The notes: generated from the letters alone by a model not told the origin. Shown: positions 17,558-27,450, numbered from the stretch's first letter. The stretch is DNA of 64,000 nt from an uncultured bacterium (GCA_963801165.1 CAWDDT010000005.1:416001-480000); one strand, 5' to 3'. Numbers and translations: made by a program.

Positions 17558-17682
17558 AACCCGGCGATGATAGGCGATTGCCTCCTGATTCCCAGTTTCG
17601 GATCGCCTGTCCGTAGGTGGGCCCCGAACCCGGTATCGATCCTCTCCGCTGCGTAAGGTGTTGACCCCGCGCGGAGATTGCC

Positions 17683-17720
17683 TATATCGATTCGATACAT
17701 CTATATCGAATCGATATACT
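17683..17720 (+). promoter_or_regulatory. Tandem palindromic PadR operator overlapping the -10 box
   Basis: TATATCGATTCGATACA and TATATCGAATCGATATA; -10 TATACT lies 6 nt before the ATG (leaderless). Confidence 0.75.
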
Positions 17721-17726
17721 CAGACC

Positions 17727-18266
17727 ATGATCGATCTTGCCATCCTCGGGTTGCTCCACGAGCGTCCCCGCCACGGCTACGAGTTGAAGACATGTCTGCT
17801 CGATCTCGGATCCACGCGGGTTTCGTTCGGCACGCTCTACCCGGCATTGCGCCGGCTGGAGAGACGCGGCTTCATCGCCGCTCTACGAGAGTCGGGCCGA
17901 CGCAAGGCGTACCGTCTCACCGAGACGGGCAAGATCGAGCTGGACCGAATCCTCAATGCGGCCGACAGCGACGAGGACCGAGACTTCAATATGAAGCTGG
18001 CGTTCTTCCGTCACCTCGAACCGCCTGCCCGGATGCGCACCCTGAAGCGGCGCCGTCGCCAGCTCGCTGAGCGGCTCCGAACCGCCCAGGACGCAATGCA
18101 GCGCTCGATCAGCCACAGGGAAGACGATCCGTATGCCGGAGCCCTGCTCCGGCACAACATCCAGACGACGGAGGCCGATATCGAGTGGCTCGACCGGTTG
18201 ATCGCCTTCGCCCGCACCGAACAAGAAATCGAGATCCCCAGATCCCTCCGAGGAGGTAGGAAATGA
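17727..18266 (+). CDS. PadR family regulator upstream of ino1 (Rv0047c-like)
   Basis: [10 protein letters not shown]...HGYEL...[12 protein letters not shown]; ATGA coupling to ino1. Confidence 0.9.
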   Translation: MIDLAILGLLHERPRHGYELKTCLLDLGSTRVSFGTLYPALRRLERRGFIAALRESGRRKAYRLTETGKIELDRILNAADSDEDRDFNMKLAFFRHLEPPARMRTLKRRRRQLAERLRTAQDAMQRSISHREDDPYAGALLRHNIQTTEADIEWLDRLIAFARTEQEIEIPRSLRGGRK

Positions 18267-19369
18267 GCAAAGTGAAAGTGGCCATCGCCGGTGTCGGCAA
18301 CTGCGCGAACTCCCTGATCCAAGGTGTTACGTATTACCGCGACGCCGACCCCGAGACACAGGTTCCCGGGCTGATGCACGTCAACTTCGCCGGCTACCAC
18401 GTTGGTGACGTCGAGTTCGTCGCGGCATTCGACGTAGACATCACCAAGGTGGGCCAGGACCTGTCGAAAGCTATGTGGGCGGGCGAGAACAACACGATCA
18501 AGTTCGCCGACGTCACCGACCTCGGTGTCGAGGTCCAGCGTGGTCCAACCCTCGACGGTCTCGGCAAGTACTACGTGAGGGCGATCGAGGAGTCCCCGGA
18601 GGCCCCGGTTGACGTCGCCCAAGCGCTTCGAGACTGCGGTGCCGATGTGCTGGTCTCCTACCTCCCTGTCGGCTCGGAGCTGGCGCAGAAGGGTTACGCC
18701 CAGGCCGCGCTCGACGCCGGCGTGGGATTCGTCAACGCCATCCCGGTCTTCATCGCGTCCGATCCCGAGTGGGCGAGGAAGTTCCGCGACGCCAACCTCC
18801 CCATCGTCGGCGACGACATCAAGTCACAGGTTGGGTCGACGATTCTGCACCGCAACCTGGCCCGTCTGTTCGAGGACCGCGGCGTGGTTGTCGAGCGCAC
18901 TTACCAACTCAACGTCGGCGGCAACATGGACTTCATGAACATGCTGGAACGGGAGCGGCTCGAGTCGAAGAAGATCTCGAAGACCCAGGCGGTCACTTCG
19001 CAGATCGACAACGGGATCGCCGACAAGAACGTGCACATCGGGCCTTCCGACCACGTGCCATGGCTGACGGACCGCAAGTGGGCATACATCCGCATCGAAG
19101 GCACTACCTTTGGCGACGTGCCGCTCAACGCCGAGGTGAAGCTCGAGGTATGGGACTCCCCCAACTCGGCCGGGGTCATCATCGATGCGATACGCGCCGC
19201 CAAGGTCGCCCTCGACCGCGGCATCGGCGGACCACTGCTGGCGGCGTCTTCGTACTTCATGAAGAGCCCCCCGGTGCAGTACCGCGACGCGGTTGCCGTC
19301 CAGAACCTCGAAGCGTTCATCGCAGGCGAGGACCGCACCGCAGCAGAGTTTGCGGACTACCTCGCGTAG
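18263..19369 (+). CDS. ino1: myo-inositol-1-phosphate synthase
   Basis: [45 protein letters not shown] and YFMKSPP. Confidence 0.96.
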   Translation: MSKVKVAIAGVGNCANSLIQGVTYYRDADPETQVPGLMHVNFAGYHVGDVEFVAAFDVDITKVGQDLSKAMWAGENNTIKFADVTDLGVEVQRGPTLDGLGKYYVRAIEESPEAPVDVAQALRDCGADVLVSYLPVGSELAQKGYAQAALDAGVGFVNAIPVFIASDPEWARKFRDANLPIVGDDIKSQVGSTILHRNLARLFEDRGVVVERTYQLNVGGNMDFMNMLERERLESKKISKTQAVTSQIDNGIADKNVHIGPSDHVPWLTDRKWAYIRIEGTTFGDVPLNAEVKLEVWDSPNSAGVIIDAIRAAKVALDRGIGGPLLAASSYFMKSPPVQYRDAVAVQNLEAFIAGEDRTAAEFADYLA

Positions 19370-19372
19370 CGC

Positions 19373-19420
19373 TTCTGGCGTCCAGGACACGACCGTTGTC
19401 GGCCCGATTGGACGCCAGAA
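19373..19420. repeat. REP-like palindromic element, copy 1
   Basis: 12-bp arms TTCTGGCGTCCA/TGGACGCCAGAA around an inner CCGTTGTCGGCC core; a related element lies at 27414-27450. Confidence 0.6.
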
Positions 19421-19422
19421 AA

Positions 19423-19525
19423 GGGTCCGGGCTCGCACCTACCGTGACGATTGCATCGTTGTAGGAGCTTCCGACCCTGATCGCAGAAGGCTGCTGACGG
19501 ATAGCCGGACTGTGCTTCGGCAACT
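19423..19525 (+). ncRNA. Candidate structured RNA in the ino1/SLH convergent spacer
   Basis: Nested pairings (GGGTC/GACCC, CTAC/GTAG, ACGAT/ATCGT, GCAG/CTGC, GCAC/GTGC) directly upstream of a 16-bp hairpin. No family recognised and strand is uncertain. Confidence 0.3.
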
Positions 19526-19560
19526 AGATGCCTCCGCCGTCATCGACGGCGGAGGCATCT
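19526..19560. terminator. Strong stem-loop (probable terminator)
   Basis: Perfect 16-bp stem AGATGCCTCCGCCGTC-ATC-GACGGCGGAGGCATCT. Confidence 0.7.
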
Positions 19561-19709
19561 TCATGGCAGCCTGTCGCAGGCTGACCATCGCCCCCCAACT
19601 TGCCCGCCGTGCGAAGGTGTTTGGGTTCGACGCCGTTACTGGGAACGACCCCTACCACCACAAACGAGCAATGTTCAGCTACCGGGCGGGCTAGGTGTTA
19701 GCCATCGTC

Positions 19710-21626
19710 TCACCCGCCCAACGCTCGGTGCAGGAATGCCGCCATCTGACCACGGGTCACAGCACCATTAGGACAGAACATGTCGTTGGTAGGCGGATTA
19801 CAGCCACGAGTTATGTTGGCTGCCGCCAGCTTGGCGATATCGGACTCGAACACTGACCCGTCGTCATCGACGAAATGGTTTCCGCCGCCATCGTCGGTGA
19901 GCTGCAAAGCCCGCACCAAGAACGCCGCCATCTGACCACGGGTCACCGCACCATCAGGACAGAACATGTCATTGGTAGGCGGATTACAGCCACGAGTTAT
20001 GTTGGCTGCCGCCAGCTTGGCGATATCGGACTCGAACACTGACCCGTCGTCATCGACGAAATGGTTTCCGCCGCCATCGTCGGTGAGCTGCAAAGCCCGC
20101 ACCAAGAACGCCGCCATCTGACCACGGGTCACCGCACCATCAGGACAGAACATGTCATTGGTAGGCGGATTACAGCCACGAGTTATGTTGGCGTCGGCGA
20201 GCCACTCGATGTCGGATGCGAATACCGATCCGTCGATATCTTGGAAGGTGCTCGGTCCAGGCCCGGGACTTGGCGCGGTGCCGATCGTCGCAACGAAAAC
20301 GTCTGCTACCCCGTTTGTATCGCCGGCCACCAAGTCTGACGAGCTCGAGTAGTAGGAGACCGTCGATCCGTCCGCGGCAATCGCCGGATCGAAGCTCCCA
20401 CCGTTCGGTGTCGATCCATCGGCTGTCACCGAGAGGCGGACGGTCTCCCCTGTCCCCATGTCATGAGCAAAGACGTCGTTGAAGGTCCCCGAGTCGCCTG
20501 CTACCAGGTTGGAGGCGTTGGATTCGAAGGCGACCAGCGCGCCGTCCGCGGAGATCGATGCGCCGCTGCTCGCGTCGTTCGCCTCGCTACCGTCGGATGC
20601 CACGGACACCCGTGTCGTCACGTCGTTGGCGATGTCGTAGTGGAAGACATCCCACGTGTCGTTGGTGTCATCGGCAACCAGGTTCGGGGCAAGCGACTCG
20701 TACGCTACCGCAGAGCCGTCATCTGAAATTACCGCCCACTGGCTGACGTCGTATGCTTCGGTACCATCTGGTGCTTCTGATACGCGGGTATATTCACCGC
20801 TGGTGACGTCGTACAGGAACACGTCGTACAAGTCGTTCGGGAAGTCCCCCGGCACGAAATTCCACGCATACGATTCGAACACGATCAGGTTGCCGTCGCC
20901 GGACACATCCGGGTTGAAGCTGCCGGGATGATGATCCGTGGCAGGCGTTGCAGAAATGAGCGTCGTCTCCTTGGTACCCACGTCGTAGCGGAAGATATTG
21001 GTCTTTAGATCGTCTTCCATGCCCGGCACGAGATTGGTGGCACCCGACTCGTACACCACTACCGAGCCATCGGCTGAGATCGACGGATTAGAGCTGTGGT
21101 TGTTTGCCGCTTGGCCGTCGCTCGTTTCCGACACTCGAGTCGTGATTCCGGTGTCGACGTCGTACAGGAACACGTCCGCGAGAACTGTGTCTCCCGGCAC
21201 TAGATTCGTAGCTTCTGAGAAGTAGACGATCTTGCTGCCGTCGGCGGAGATCGACGGTGAGAAGCTGTTTCCGTTTCCTCCGGTCCCGTCGGGTGCCTGC
21301 GAGATTCGGACCGTCTCGCCGGTGGTCAGCTTGCGCATGAACACGTCTCGGAACCCGTTGCTGTCTCCCGGAACCAGGTTCGAGGCGTCCGAAATGAACA
21401 CGACGACCGACCCATCGCCCGAGATCTCCGCGCTGTTGCTGAAGCTGTTGGCCGGGGTGCCGTCCGACGCCACCGAGACGAGGGTGGTCGAGACGTCTTC
21501 GGCCGCCATCCCGGGAATGGGCGCAACCGATAACACCGTCAACATGGTGGCGACGAGTACCAGCACCCTGGCACTACGGAACGCCCGCCAATCCCCAGCC
21601 GTAGATCTCTCTCTTCTGTACATCAT
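19710..21626 (-). CDS. Secreted TolB/PD40-like beta-propeller protein with three C-terminal S-layer homology (SLH) domains
   Basis: Signal peptide, repeated PSISADG..V.F.S.A.NLV.GD units, and three ITRGCNPP...FCP...VTRGQMAAFL repeats. Start ATG 21626 follows an AGGAGAG RBS. Confidence 0.88.
   Translation of the reverse strand: MMYRRERSTAGDWRAFRSARVLVLVATMLTVLSVAPIPGMAAEDVSTTLVSVASDGTPANSFSNSAEISGDGSVVVFISDASNLVPGDSNGFRDVFMRKLTTGETVRISQAPDGTGGNGNSFSPSISADGSKIVYFSEATNLVPGDTVLADVFLYDVDTGITTRVSETSDGQAANNHSSNPSISADGSVVVYESGATNLVPGMEDDLKTNIFRYDVGTKETTLISATPATDHHPGSFNPDVSGDGNLIVFESYAWNFVPGDFPNDLYDVFLYDVTSGEYTRVSEAPDGTEAYDVSQWAVISDDGSAVAYESLAPNLVADDTNDTWDVFHYDIANDVTTRVSVASDGSEANDASSGASISADGALVAFESNASNLVAGDSGTFNDVFAHDMGTGETVRLSVTADGSTPNGGSFDPAIAADGSTVSYYSSSSDLVAGDTNGVADVFVATIGTAPSPGPGPSTFQDIDGSVFASDIEWLADANITRGCNPPTNDMFCPDGAVTRGQMAAFLVRALQLTDDGGGNHFVDDDGSVFESDIAKLAAANITRGCNPPTNDMFCPDGAVTRGQMAAFLVRALQLTDDGGGNHFVDDDGSVFESDIAKLAAANITRGCNPPTNDMFCPNGAVTRGQMAAFLHRALGG
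19738..20192. repeat. Near-identical 186-bp tandem repeat (~2.4 copies) encoding the SLH domains
   Basis: GCCGCCATCTGACCACGGGTCA recurs at 19738, 19924 and 20110; copies differ at only a few positions. Confidence 0.92.
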
Positions 21627-21666
21627 CTCTCTCCTTTGCATTGCGGCAACCGTGCCGCTGGGCTCG

Positions 21667-22785
21667 TCATCGAACAGGGAAGGTGCTGATAATCGGGTTG
21701 AGGCACTGGTCGCTGGGCTCGGCCGTATCGGAAACAAAGGTCTCGTCAAAGCTGGCCGTCTCGGCAGGTTCCAGACGATCCGTCGAGATCGCATACGAGC
21801 GGCCGGACTGGCCGACGTAATAGAAGACAAACGAGACAACGACGCCCACCGCGAGGTCGGAGGTGTTCGTAACAGTGGCAGAGAACGCATCGGTGGCACA
21901 GGTCGCAACATCAACGGTGATGGCATCGGCTAGCTCGAAGACGTCACCGGCCCCGGCCACCTCTCCGGCATTTACATCCGTGCCAAAAGACACGGCGCAG
22001 AGCGCCTCGCGGTTGCCGGCATCCCATTCCGCAACGGGTGTGACCCTCATCAACATCGAAGTGCGGGTGCTGCCAACGTAGGACTCGGCGAGCTCCAAGC
22101 ACTTGGAGTGCACCTCCTCCTGTGCGTGTTGGTCGGCATCAACCGGTTCACCGTCGACGATGTGCTGATACGGGTAACCGAGCGCGTCGATCGCGACCGT
22201 CCCAATCACCTCAGCACCATGTGGTTCTGCACAGTCGACGGCCAACATGTCGATGCTGGTCGCCGTGCCGAGACAGGTACCCGGCGCAACGTCGACGGAT
22301 TCGATGGTGTTTGCCCACTGCTCGGATGAGTAGGCCAGACCGTCGGCGTACTCCGGACAAAGGCTCTCGACCGCCGTCGAGACGAACCTACGCGACAGCG
22401 CGGTGGGAACGAATTGCGTCGGTTCGAGTTCCCGCGCGGCGACGAAGGCCGTAGATAGCTCGAGCGGGCCGGACATCGACGCCGGGTCGAGGCCTGCAGC
22501 CTCGTCGCACACCGCCTCACCTGCCGCGAGCAGCGTGTCGGTGGTCACGCCGGCGGGTGCCCAGCCCTCGGTTGCCGCCACCAGCGCCTCCACGGGGGTC
22601 GGCGCTGCAGTGGTGGTGGCCTCTGCCAAGGTGGTGGTGGTCAGCGGTGGTGCCGTGGTGCCGGGTGCAGATGTCGATTCTGCCGCGACGGTCGTCGTGG
22701 TATTGGCAGCCGCCTCTGTAGTCGCTGCGCTCTGCGCACCGCAGGCAGTGGCAAACAGGGCCAAGGCGACAATCACTTTCTTCAT
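21667..22785 (-). CDS. Lipoprotein with Thr-rich linker, septum-formation-like Cys domain and a small C-terminal Ig-like domain
   Basis: Lipobox FATAC, VDCAEPHGAEV...C....ESYVG...W..GNREALC, and ATVTNTSD...LEPAETASF. Confidence 0.8.
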   Translation of the reverse strand: MKKVIVALALFATACGAQSAATTEAAANTTTTVAAESTSAPGTTAPPLTTTTLAEATTTAAPTPVEALVAATEGWAPAGVTTDTLLAAGEAVCDEAAGLDPASMSGPLELSTAFVAARELEPTQFVPTALSRRFVSTAVESLCPEYADGLAYSSEQWANTIESVDVAPGTCLGTATSIDMLAVDCAEPHGAEVIGTVAIDALGYPYQHIVDGEPVDADQHAQEEVHSKCLELAESYVGSTRTSMLMRVTPVAEWDAGNREALCAVSFGTDVNAGEVAGAGDVFELADAITVDVATCATDAFSATVTNTSDLAVGVVVSFVFYYVGQSGRSYAISTDRLEPAETASFDETFVSDTAEPSDQCLNPIISTFPVR

Positions 22786-22876
22786 ACGTTTCCTCTTTGC
22801 CGTGACCGGCCCGTCCCTCGTGGCTCATCCACAGGGCGGAGGTCGGTTCTCCCGTCCAAGATGCTGGGTCATCGTC

Positions 22877-22894
22877 CTTACACAGCGCTTACAC
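22877..22894 (-). promoter_or_regulatory. Candidate SARP/AfsR-type direct-repeat binding site
   Basis: CTTACAC repeated with 11-bp period (22877, 22888); an inverse copy GTGTAAG lies at 22966-22972. Confidence 0.45.
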
Positions 22895-23182
22895 GCCTGC
22901 AAGGCGAACGGCTACGTCGAGCCGCTGGGCTCACAACAACGACGAGACGTTGCCGACGGGCGCCGGTGTAAGTGCTCGATAAGCGGTCGATCGCACGATG
23001 TCGTATGCCAAGCCAGCACTTTGACGGCCGCGGTCGGGTTACCGGGATTGGAAGCGTCGCAGGTCGGGCCACAGCCGTTGCGTTCGTTGCCCATTGGGTG
23101 GCCCTCGACCTGACCTATCCGTCACCCCACCCCGGCTGTCGCCACGGTTTCCTGTGTATTGTCCGGGCTCGGGAGGCGGTCA

Positions 23183-26083
23183 GTGAGGATCAGACTGCTC
23201 GGTTCACCCGTCGGTACCGAGGAAGGGCGCAAGGTCGAGTTGAGGGGCGCAGCCGGGGGGCTGCTGTGTCTGCTCGCCGTCCACATGGGCTCCGATGTAT
23301 CGACAGATCGCATCGCCCAGTTCATCTGGGGAGACGAACAGCCCCGCTCTTCTCGGACAGGGATCCAGGTCACCGTCCACCGGTTGCGACGCATCCTCGA
23401 CCCGGATCAGTCTGCGCCCCACACGTCGTCGATGGTCGTCACAACCGATGGTGGATACCGCCTCGAGGTCGCGCCACATGAGATCGACATTTTCGTGTTC
23501 GAGCGTCGCTTGGCCGAAGCCAAGCAACTGGCATTCGAGGGGTCGTGGGCGGAGTCGATCGCCGTCCTTCAAGACGCGCTGGAGTTGTGGCGAGGAGTGC
23601 CTTTTGGCGAGTACGGCGACAGGCCCGAGCTGATGGTGGAGGTTCACCGGCTCTCGGAGCTTCGTCTCGAGGCAGAGGACACGCTGAGCGAAGCCATGGT
23701 GCAGATCGGGCGAGCATCATCGGCGAGGCTACGAAAGCTCGCAGAAGAAGAACCTCTGCGGGAACGTCGCTGGCACCATCTCATGGTCACTCTGTATCGC
23801 GAGGGCCGCCACGCGGAGTCGCTGCAGGCTTTCAAGGCGGCTACGGACGCGCTCGAGGACTCAGGTCTCGAACCGAGCCCTGAGTTGTACCGCCTCGAGA
23901 AGCGCATCCTGCTCCACGATCAGAGCCTCCGAGCTGTTGTGCCGATGCCCGCTCGCCGCAGTTCGGGGGCGCGGTTGATCGGCCGGGAGACCGAGCTGGC
24001 GACCCTGAAGCAGGCTGTGGCGTCCTTCCGGATCACCTCCGTTATCGGCCCCCCCGGGGTCGGTAAGACCAGTCTCGTCCGAGAACTCCTTGATCACGTC
24101 GGCGGAAGAACATTCTCCATCGAAGTCAACGAGTCGAGTGGAGACATAACAACGGCCCTCGTGGCCGAGCTGGAATGCGATGTCGACACCTCAACTACAC
24201 CTATCAACCGACTTGCGGAAGTGCTCGGGGGACAGGACACCGTTCTAGTTCTTGACGGAATCGACGAGTCAATCGATGGAGTCCGGACTCTCGCCGTCGC
24301 CCTGGTCGAAGAGTGCCCCCGACTTCACCTCATCGTCACCGGGTCCGAAGCTCTGGATCTTGTCTTGGAGCGGGTTGTCCGGCTCGCACCCCTACCCACT
24401 CCATCCCCACTGTCTGATCATGAGACGATCCTGGCGAGCCCGGCAGTCCGGCTGTTCATGCAGCTGGCGGCCGTTCGCGGGGTCGACCTGAGCTCGGATC
24501 GTGAGAGTGTCGCCGAACTGACCCGTGAACTCGACGGTCTTCCGCTGGCACTGGAACTGGCGGCAGCGCTAACCGATGCCCTCGCTCCGTCCACCATCCT
24601 GGAACTCATCAGCCGAGGTGCCGATCCTCGCGGCTCCGAGCTCACTGCAGTGTTCACCAGCGCGTTCGATCGCCTGAGCAACGAGGCGAAGAACGTCCTC
24701 ATGCTCGCCGCGGAGTTCCAGGGCTGGATGACCGCAGCCGAAGTCGAATGCGTGGCCCGCCATGCCGACGACCAATCCGACGTCACATCCGCACTCATTG
24801 AACTCGCCAGGAAGTCACTACTGGTTCGCGACGACGCTACCTACCGGTTGCTCGCACCGTTGCGCACGGAGGTGCGAGCCATGACGCGAGACCATGCCAT
24901 GACGCCGAAACGCCACTTTGCCTTTCGGGAAGCCGTGGCCGAGATGGTTGAGACCGCCGATCGCTACCTGAAAACGAGCTTGCCGGGTCCTCCGATGGCG
25001 ATACTCGACCGCCTTCGTGGCGACGCACGCAAGGTGGTGCACGACGCGTTCGAAGCCGGCGAAGGATCTGTCGCCTGGCGGGTCTTTGCGGCAATGACCC
25101 TGTATTGGTGGATCCGTCAAGCTCGCGACGAAGCGACAGAAATCCGCCAGCTGGTCATGCAGATGAATCGGTCGGCGCTCGACGATGAGACGGAGCTAGC
25201 CGGACTGGCGTGTGCTGCGATCGCGGACTTCTCTCTCGCCGAGATCGCGAGAAACCATCCGCTTCTCGAGGAAGCCGCCGAGCGGGCACGCCGCACCGAA
25301 GCGAGCGGTTGGGCGTCCTTTACCCTGGCCCAATATGCGACGGCCCTGGTCACATCCGACCGGTTCCATCCTGATGCCCTTTCCGTAGCCGACGAAGCCG
25401 TAGCACACGCGGAGGCATCAGGTGAACCGTTTGCCACTATGTACGCCATGTTGACGATGGGCCTGGTGCACGCAGCTCGACTCGATTTCACCAATTCGAC
25501 CCGTTACCTCAACCGGTCCGCGGCCATGGCGGAGGCGTCGGGGCTGGAGGCGCTCGGAGCATACGCCTGGATGTGGCAGGGCCACATCTCGACATATGCG
25601 GGAGAGCCGGCTCGAGCTGTGGAGGCCTATGAGAGTGCGCTGGCCGCCTCGAAGGAGATAGCTTGGGTCCACCACAGTTCGCTTCTCGGGCTCGCCGAGG
25701 CCGGGGAGCTTCTGGGAGACCTCGACACGCTCGACAGGTATCGCTCGGCGGCGGTGACGTTACGCGACATGGGCGACATCCGTGGCGCGGCGACGGCAGC
25801 CTTTCGGGCGGCGGCGCTCGAGATCGAGATCGGCCATCTCGAGCGGGCGGAACGTCTGCTGGCAACTGCTGTCCCGGATCTGCAGCGGTGGGGAGACGCG
25901 GCCGTGCAGGCTGCCTCGGTGGTGACGCTGGCCACTCTCGACCTTGCCCTGGGAGACGTCTCTGCTGCCACCGAGCACCTCACCGAGGCAGAGAACCTCT
26001 TCATCAGGGTCGGGGTGCCGCCCGATCCGCTCACACTGCGTGCCCTCGATCGGTTGAGAAGCGGTCTGGCGGGGTCACAGTGA
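23183..26083 (+). CDS. AfsR/SARP-family regulator (wHTH-BTAD-NB-ARC-like ATPase-TPR)
   Basis: IRLLG, ALELWRG, PLRERRW..LM..LYR.GR..E, Walker A GPPGVGKT, LDGLPLALELAA and a TPR-rich C-terminus. GTG start follows GGAGG. Confidence 0.9.
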   Translation: MRIRLLGSPVGTEEGRKVELRGAAGGLLCLLAVHMGSDVSTDRIAQFIWGDEQPRSSRTGIQVTVHRLRRILDPDQSAPHTSSMVVTTDGGYRLEVAPHEIDIFVFERRLAEAKQLAFEGSWAESIAVLQDALELWRGVPFGEYGDRPELMVEVHRLSELRLEAEDTLSEAMVQIGRASSARLRKLAEEEPLRERRWHHLMVTLYREGRHAESLQAFKAATDALEDSGLEPSPELYRLEKRILLHDQSLRAVVPMPARRSSGARLIGRETELATLKQAVASFRITSVIGPPGVGKTSLVRELLDHVGGRTFSIEVNESSGDITTALVAELECDVDTSTTPINRLAEVLGGQDTVLVLDGIDESIDGVRTLAVALVEECPRLHLIVTGSEALDLVLERVVRLAPLPTPSPLSDHETILASPAVRLFMQLAAVRGVDLSSDRESVAELTRELDGLPLALELAAALTDALAPSTILELISRGADPRGSELTAVFTSAFDRLSNEAKNVLMLAAEFQGWMTAAEVECVARHADDQSDVTSALIELARKSLLVRDDATYRLLAPLRTEVRAMTRDHAMTPKRHFAFREAVAEMVETADRYLKTSLPGPPMAILDRLRGDARKVVHDAFEAGEGSVAWRVFAAMTLYWWIRQARDEATEIRQLVMQMNRSALDDETELAGLACAAIADFSLAEIARNHPLLEEAAERARRTEASGWASFTLAQYATALVTSDRFHPDALSVADEAVAHAEASGEPFATMYAMLTMGLVHAARLDFTNSTRYLNRSAAMAEASGLEALGAYAWMWQGHISTYAGEPARAVEAYESALAASKEIAWVHHSSLLGLAEAGELLGDLDTLDRYRSAAVTLRDMGDIRGAATAAFRAAALEIEIGHLERAERLLATAVPDLQRWGDAAVQAASVVTLATLDLALGDVSAATEHLTEAENLFIRVGVPPDPLTLRALDRLRSGLAGSQ

Positions 26084-27414
26084 CGCCCGACCGTCTCTCC
26101 CGGCGCGCCCTCGTGCCCTACTCGGTAGGGGCGGTCGGCCCGTCGATTGTGTTCGCTCTGCAGGGTTTGTTCCTTCTCTACTTCCTCACCGACGTGGCAC
26201 TCATCCCGGCTGCCACGGTGACAGTCGCGCTTGCTCTGGGGCGTATCTGGGACATTCTCAATGACCCTCTAGTGGGATGGGTATCCGATCGGACGGTTTC
26301 TCGGCTGGGACGCCGCCGACCCTACATGCTGTGGGGCGCGGTTCCGCTAGCCGTCTCGACATATTTCATGTTCGCCATCCCTCGGGGATTGACCGGGTCA
26401 TGGGCCGTTCTTGTCGTGTTCGGTGCCTTCTTCTTCTGGGATCTGGCGCTCACGGTGGTGCACGTCCCGTTCGTCGCTCTCGGAGCCGAGATGACCACCG
26501 TCTACGACGGGCGAACACGAGTCGTCGCGTATGGAGCAGCCGGTGCGGTCCTCGGCTACCTACTCGGAGGAGTAGGCACCCCGACGCTCGTGTCCTTCTT
26601 CACCAGTGATGTGGCCGGCTATCGCGTCGCGGGCGCATTCTGCGGGATCATCGCCGGAGCAACTGCGGCCGGGGCGGCATGGAAGGTGACGGAGGTCGAA
26701 CGCGTCCCTACAACGCTCTCCATACGTCGTACTGCAGAGGTCATACTGACAAATCGTCCGTTTCGGGTGCTGGTCATCAGTCTCGCTCTCGTTTCGTTTG
26801 CGTTCACCGCGGCCACGGCGGCGCTCCCGTACTTCGTGGCTCATCAGCTCCTGGCCGGTGAGCAATTCACCGGGGCTCTTGTGTTCGAGCTACTCGGTGT
26901 TGTCGCGCTGGGAATTCCGGTATGGAGGTGGATTTCGGTCCGCACCACGAAACATGAGGCATACGCCTACGGTCTCGGCATCATGTCAACGGCCCTGGCC
27001 GCCGTGCTTCTCATCCCGTCACAGGGGATCATCGCCGCGTTCGTGTTGGTCGCATTCATCGGGTTCGGCAACGCGGCCCACTGGGTTCTGCCCTGGTCAA
27101 TGATTCCAGACGCCGTCGATGTATCCGACGCGGGCGACGCCGTCGGCACGCATTTCGGCGTATACGGGGTTGTGGAGAAGGTGGCGGGAAGCGTGTCCAT
27201 CGTGGCCATGGGCGGAGCGCTGGCACTATTTGGTTATCGAGGCGGCGTTGATCCATCGCATACCGCGGTGCTCGGAATACGGCTACTCGTCGGGCCGATC
27301 CCGGCAATGTTTGTTGCCGGCGCAGCACTCGTCATGCGGAGATACCCGATCGAGACCCACCGCAGCCCGCGGCTTGCTCGGTCCGTCGAGCCCGACCCGG
27401 AACTCGGCTCCTAA
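26080..27414 (+). CDS. Glycoside-pentoside-hexuronide (MelB/GPH) MFS symporter
   Basis: LLYFLTDV, RIWDILNDPLVGWVSDRT.SRLGRRRPY and WSMIPDAVD; GTGA overlap with the regulator stop. Confidence 0.88.
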   Translation: MTPDRLSRRALVPYSVGAVGPSIVFALQGLFLLYFLTDVALIPAATVTVALALGRIWDILNDPLVGWVSDRTVSRLGRRRPYMLWGAVPLAVSTYFMFAIPRGLTGSWAVLVVFGAFFFWDLALTVVHVPFVALGAEMTTVYDGRTRVVAYGAAGAVLGYLLGGVGTPTLVSFFTSDVAGYRVAGAFCGIIAGATAAGAAWKVTEVERVPTTLSIRRTAEVILTNRPFRVLVISLALVSFAFTAATAALPYFVAHQLLAGEQFTGALVFELLGVVALGIPVWRWISVRTTKHEAYAYGLGIMSTALAAVLLIPSQGIIAAFVLVAFIGFGNAAHWVLPWSMIPDAVDVSDAGDAVGTHFGVYGVVEKVAGSVSIVAMGGALALFGYRGGVDPSHTAVLGIRLLVGPIPAMFVAGAALVMRRYPIETHRSPRLARSVEPDPELGS

Positions 27415-27450
27415 GCGTCCAGACGGCCGTTGTCGGCCGAATCGGACGCT
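27414..27450. repeat. REP-like palindromic element, copy 2
   Basis: AGCGTCC...GGCCGTTGTCGGCC...GGACGCT, similar to 19373-19420 and also immediately after a stop codon. Confidence 0.55.

Noticed and set aside
19423-19525. c-di-GMP-I riboswitch or hammerhead ribozyme
   Set aside because: The 3' end (GATAGCCGGACTG) is reminiscent, but the GGCAAAC, GNRA loop and GACGCAAAGC elements are absent, as is the hammerhead CUGANGA/GAAA core.
19738-20192. Possible CRISPR array or mobile-element repeat
   Set aside because: In-frame 186-bp coding repeats with no unique spacers. No CRISPR array or cas gene was seen anywhere in the window.
25663-26079. N-terminal ORF-track extensions (also at 1119-2651, 19710-21926, 41011-41868, 43399, 44646, 53284, 54303 and 58888-59487)
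   Set aside because: They overlap neighbouring genes; downstream starts have an RBS, a leaderless -10 box or stop-start coupling.
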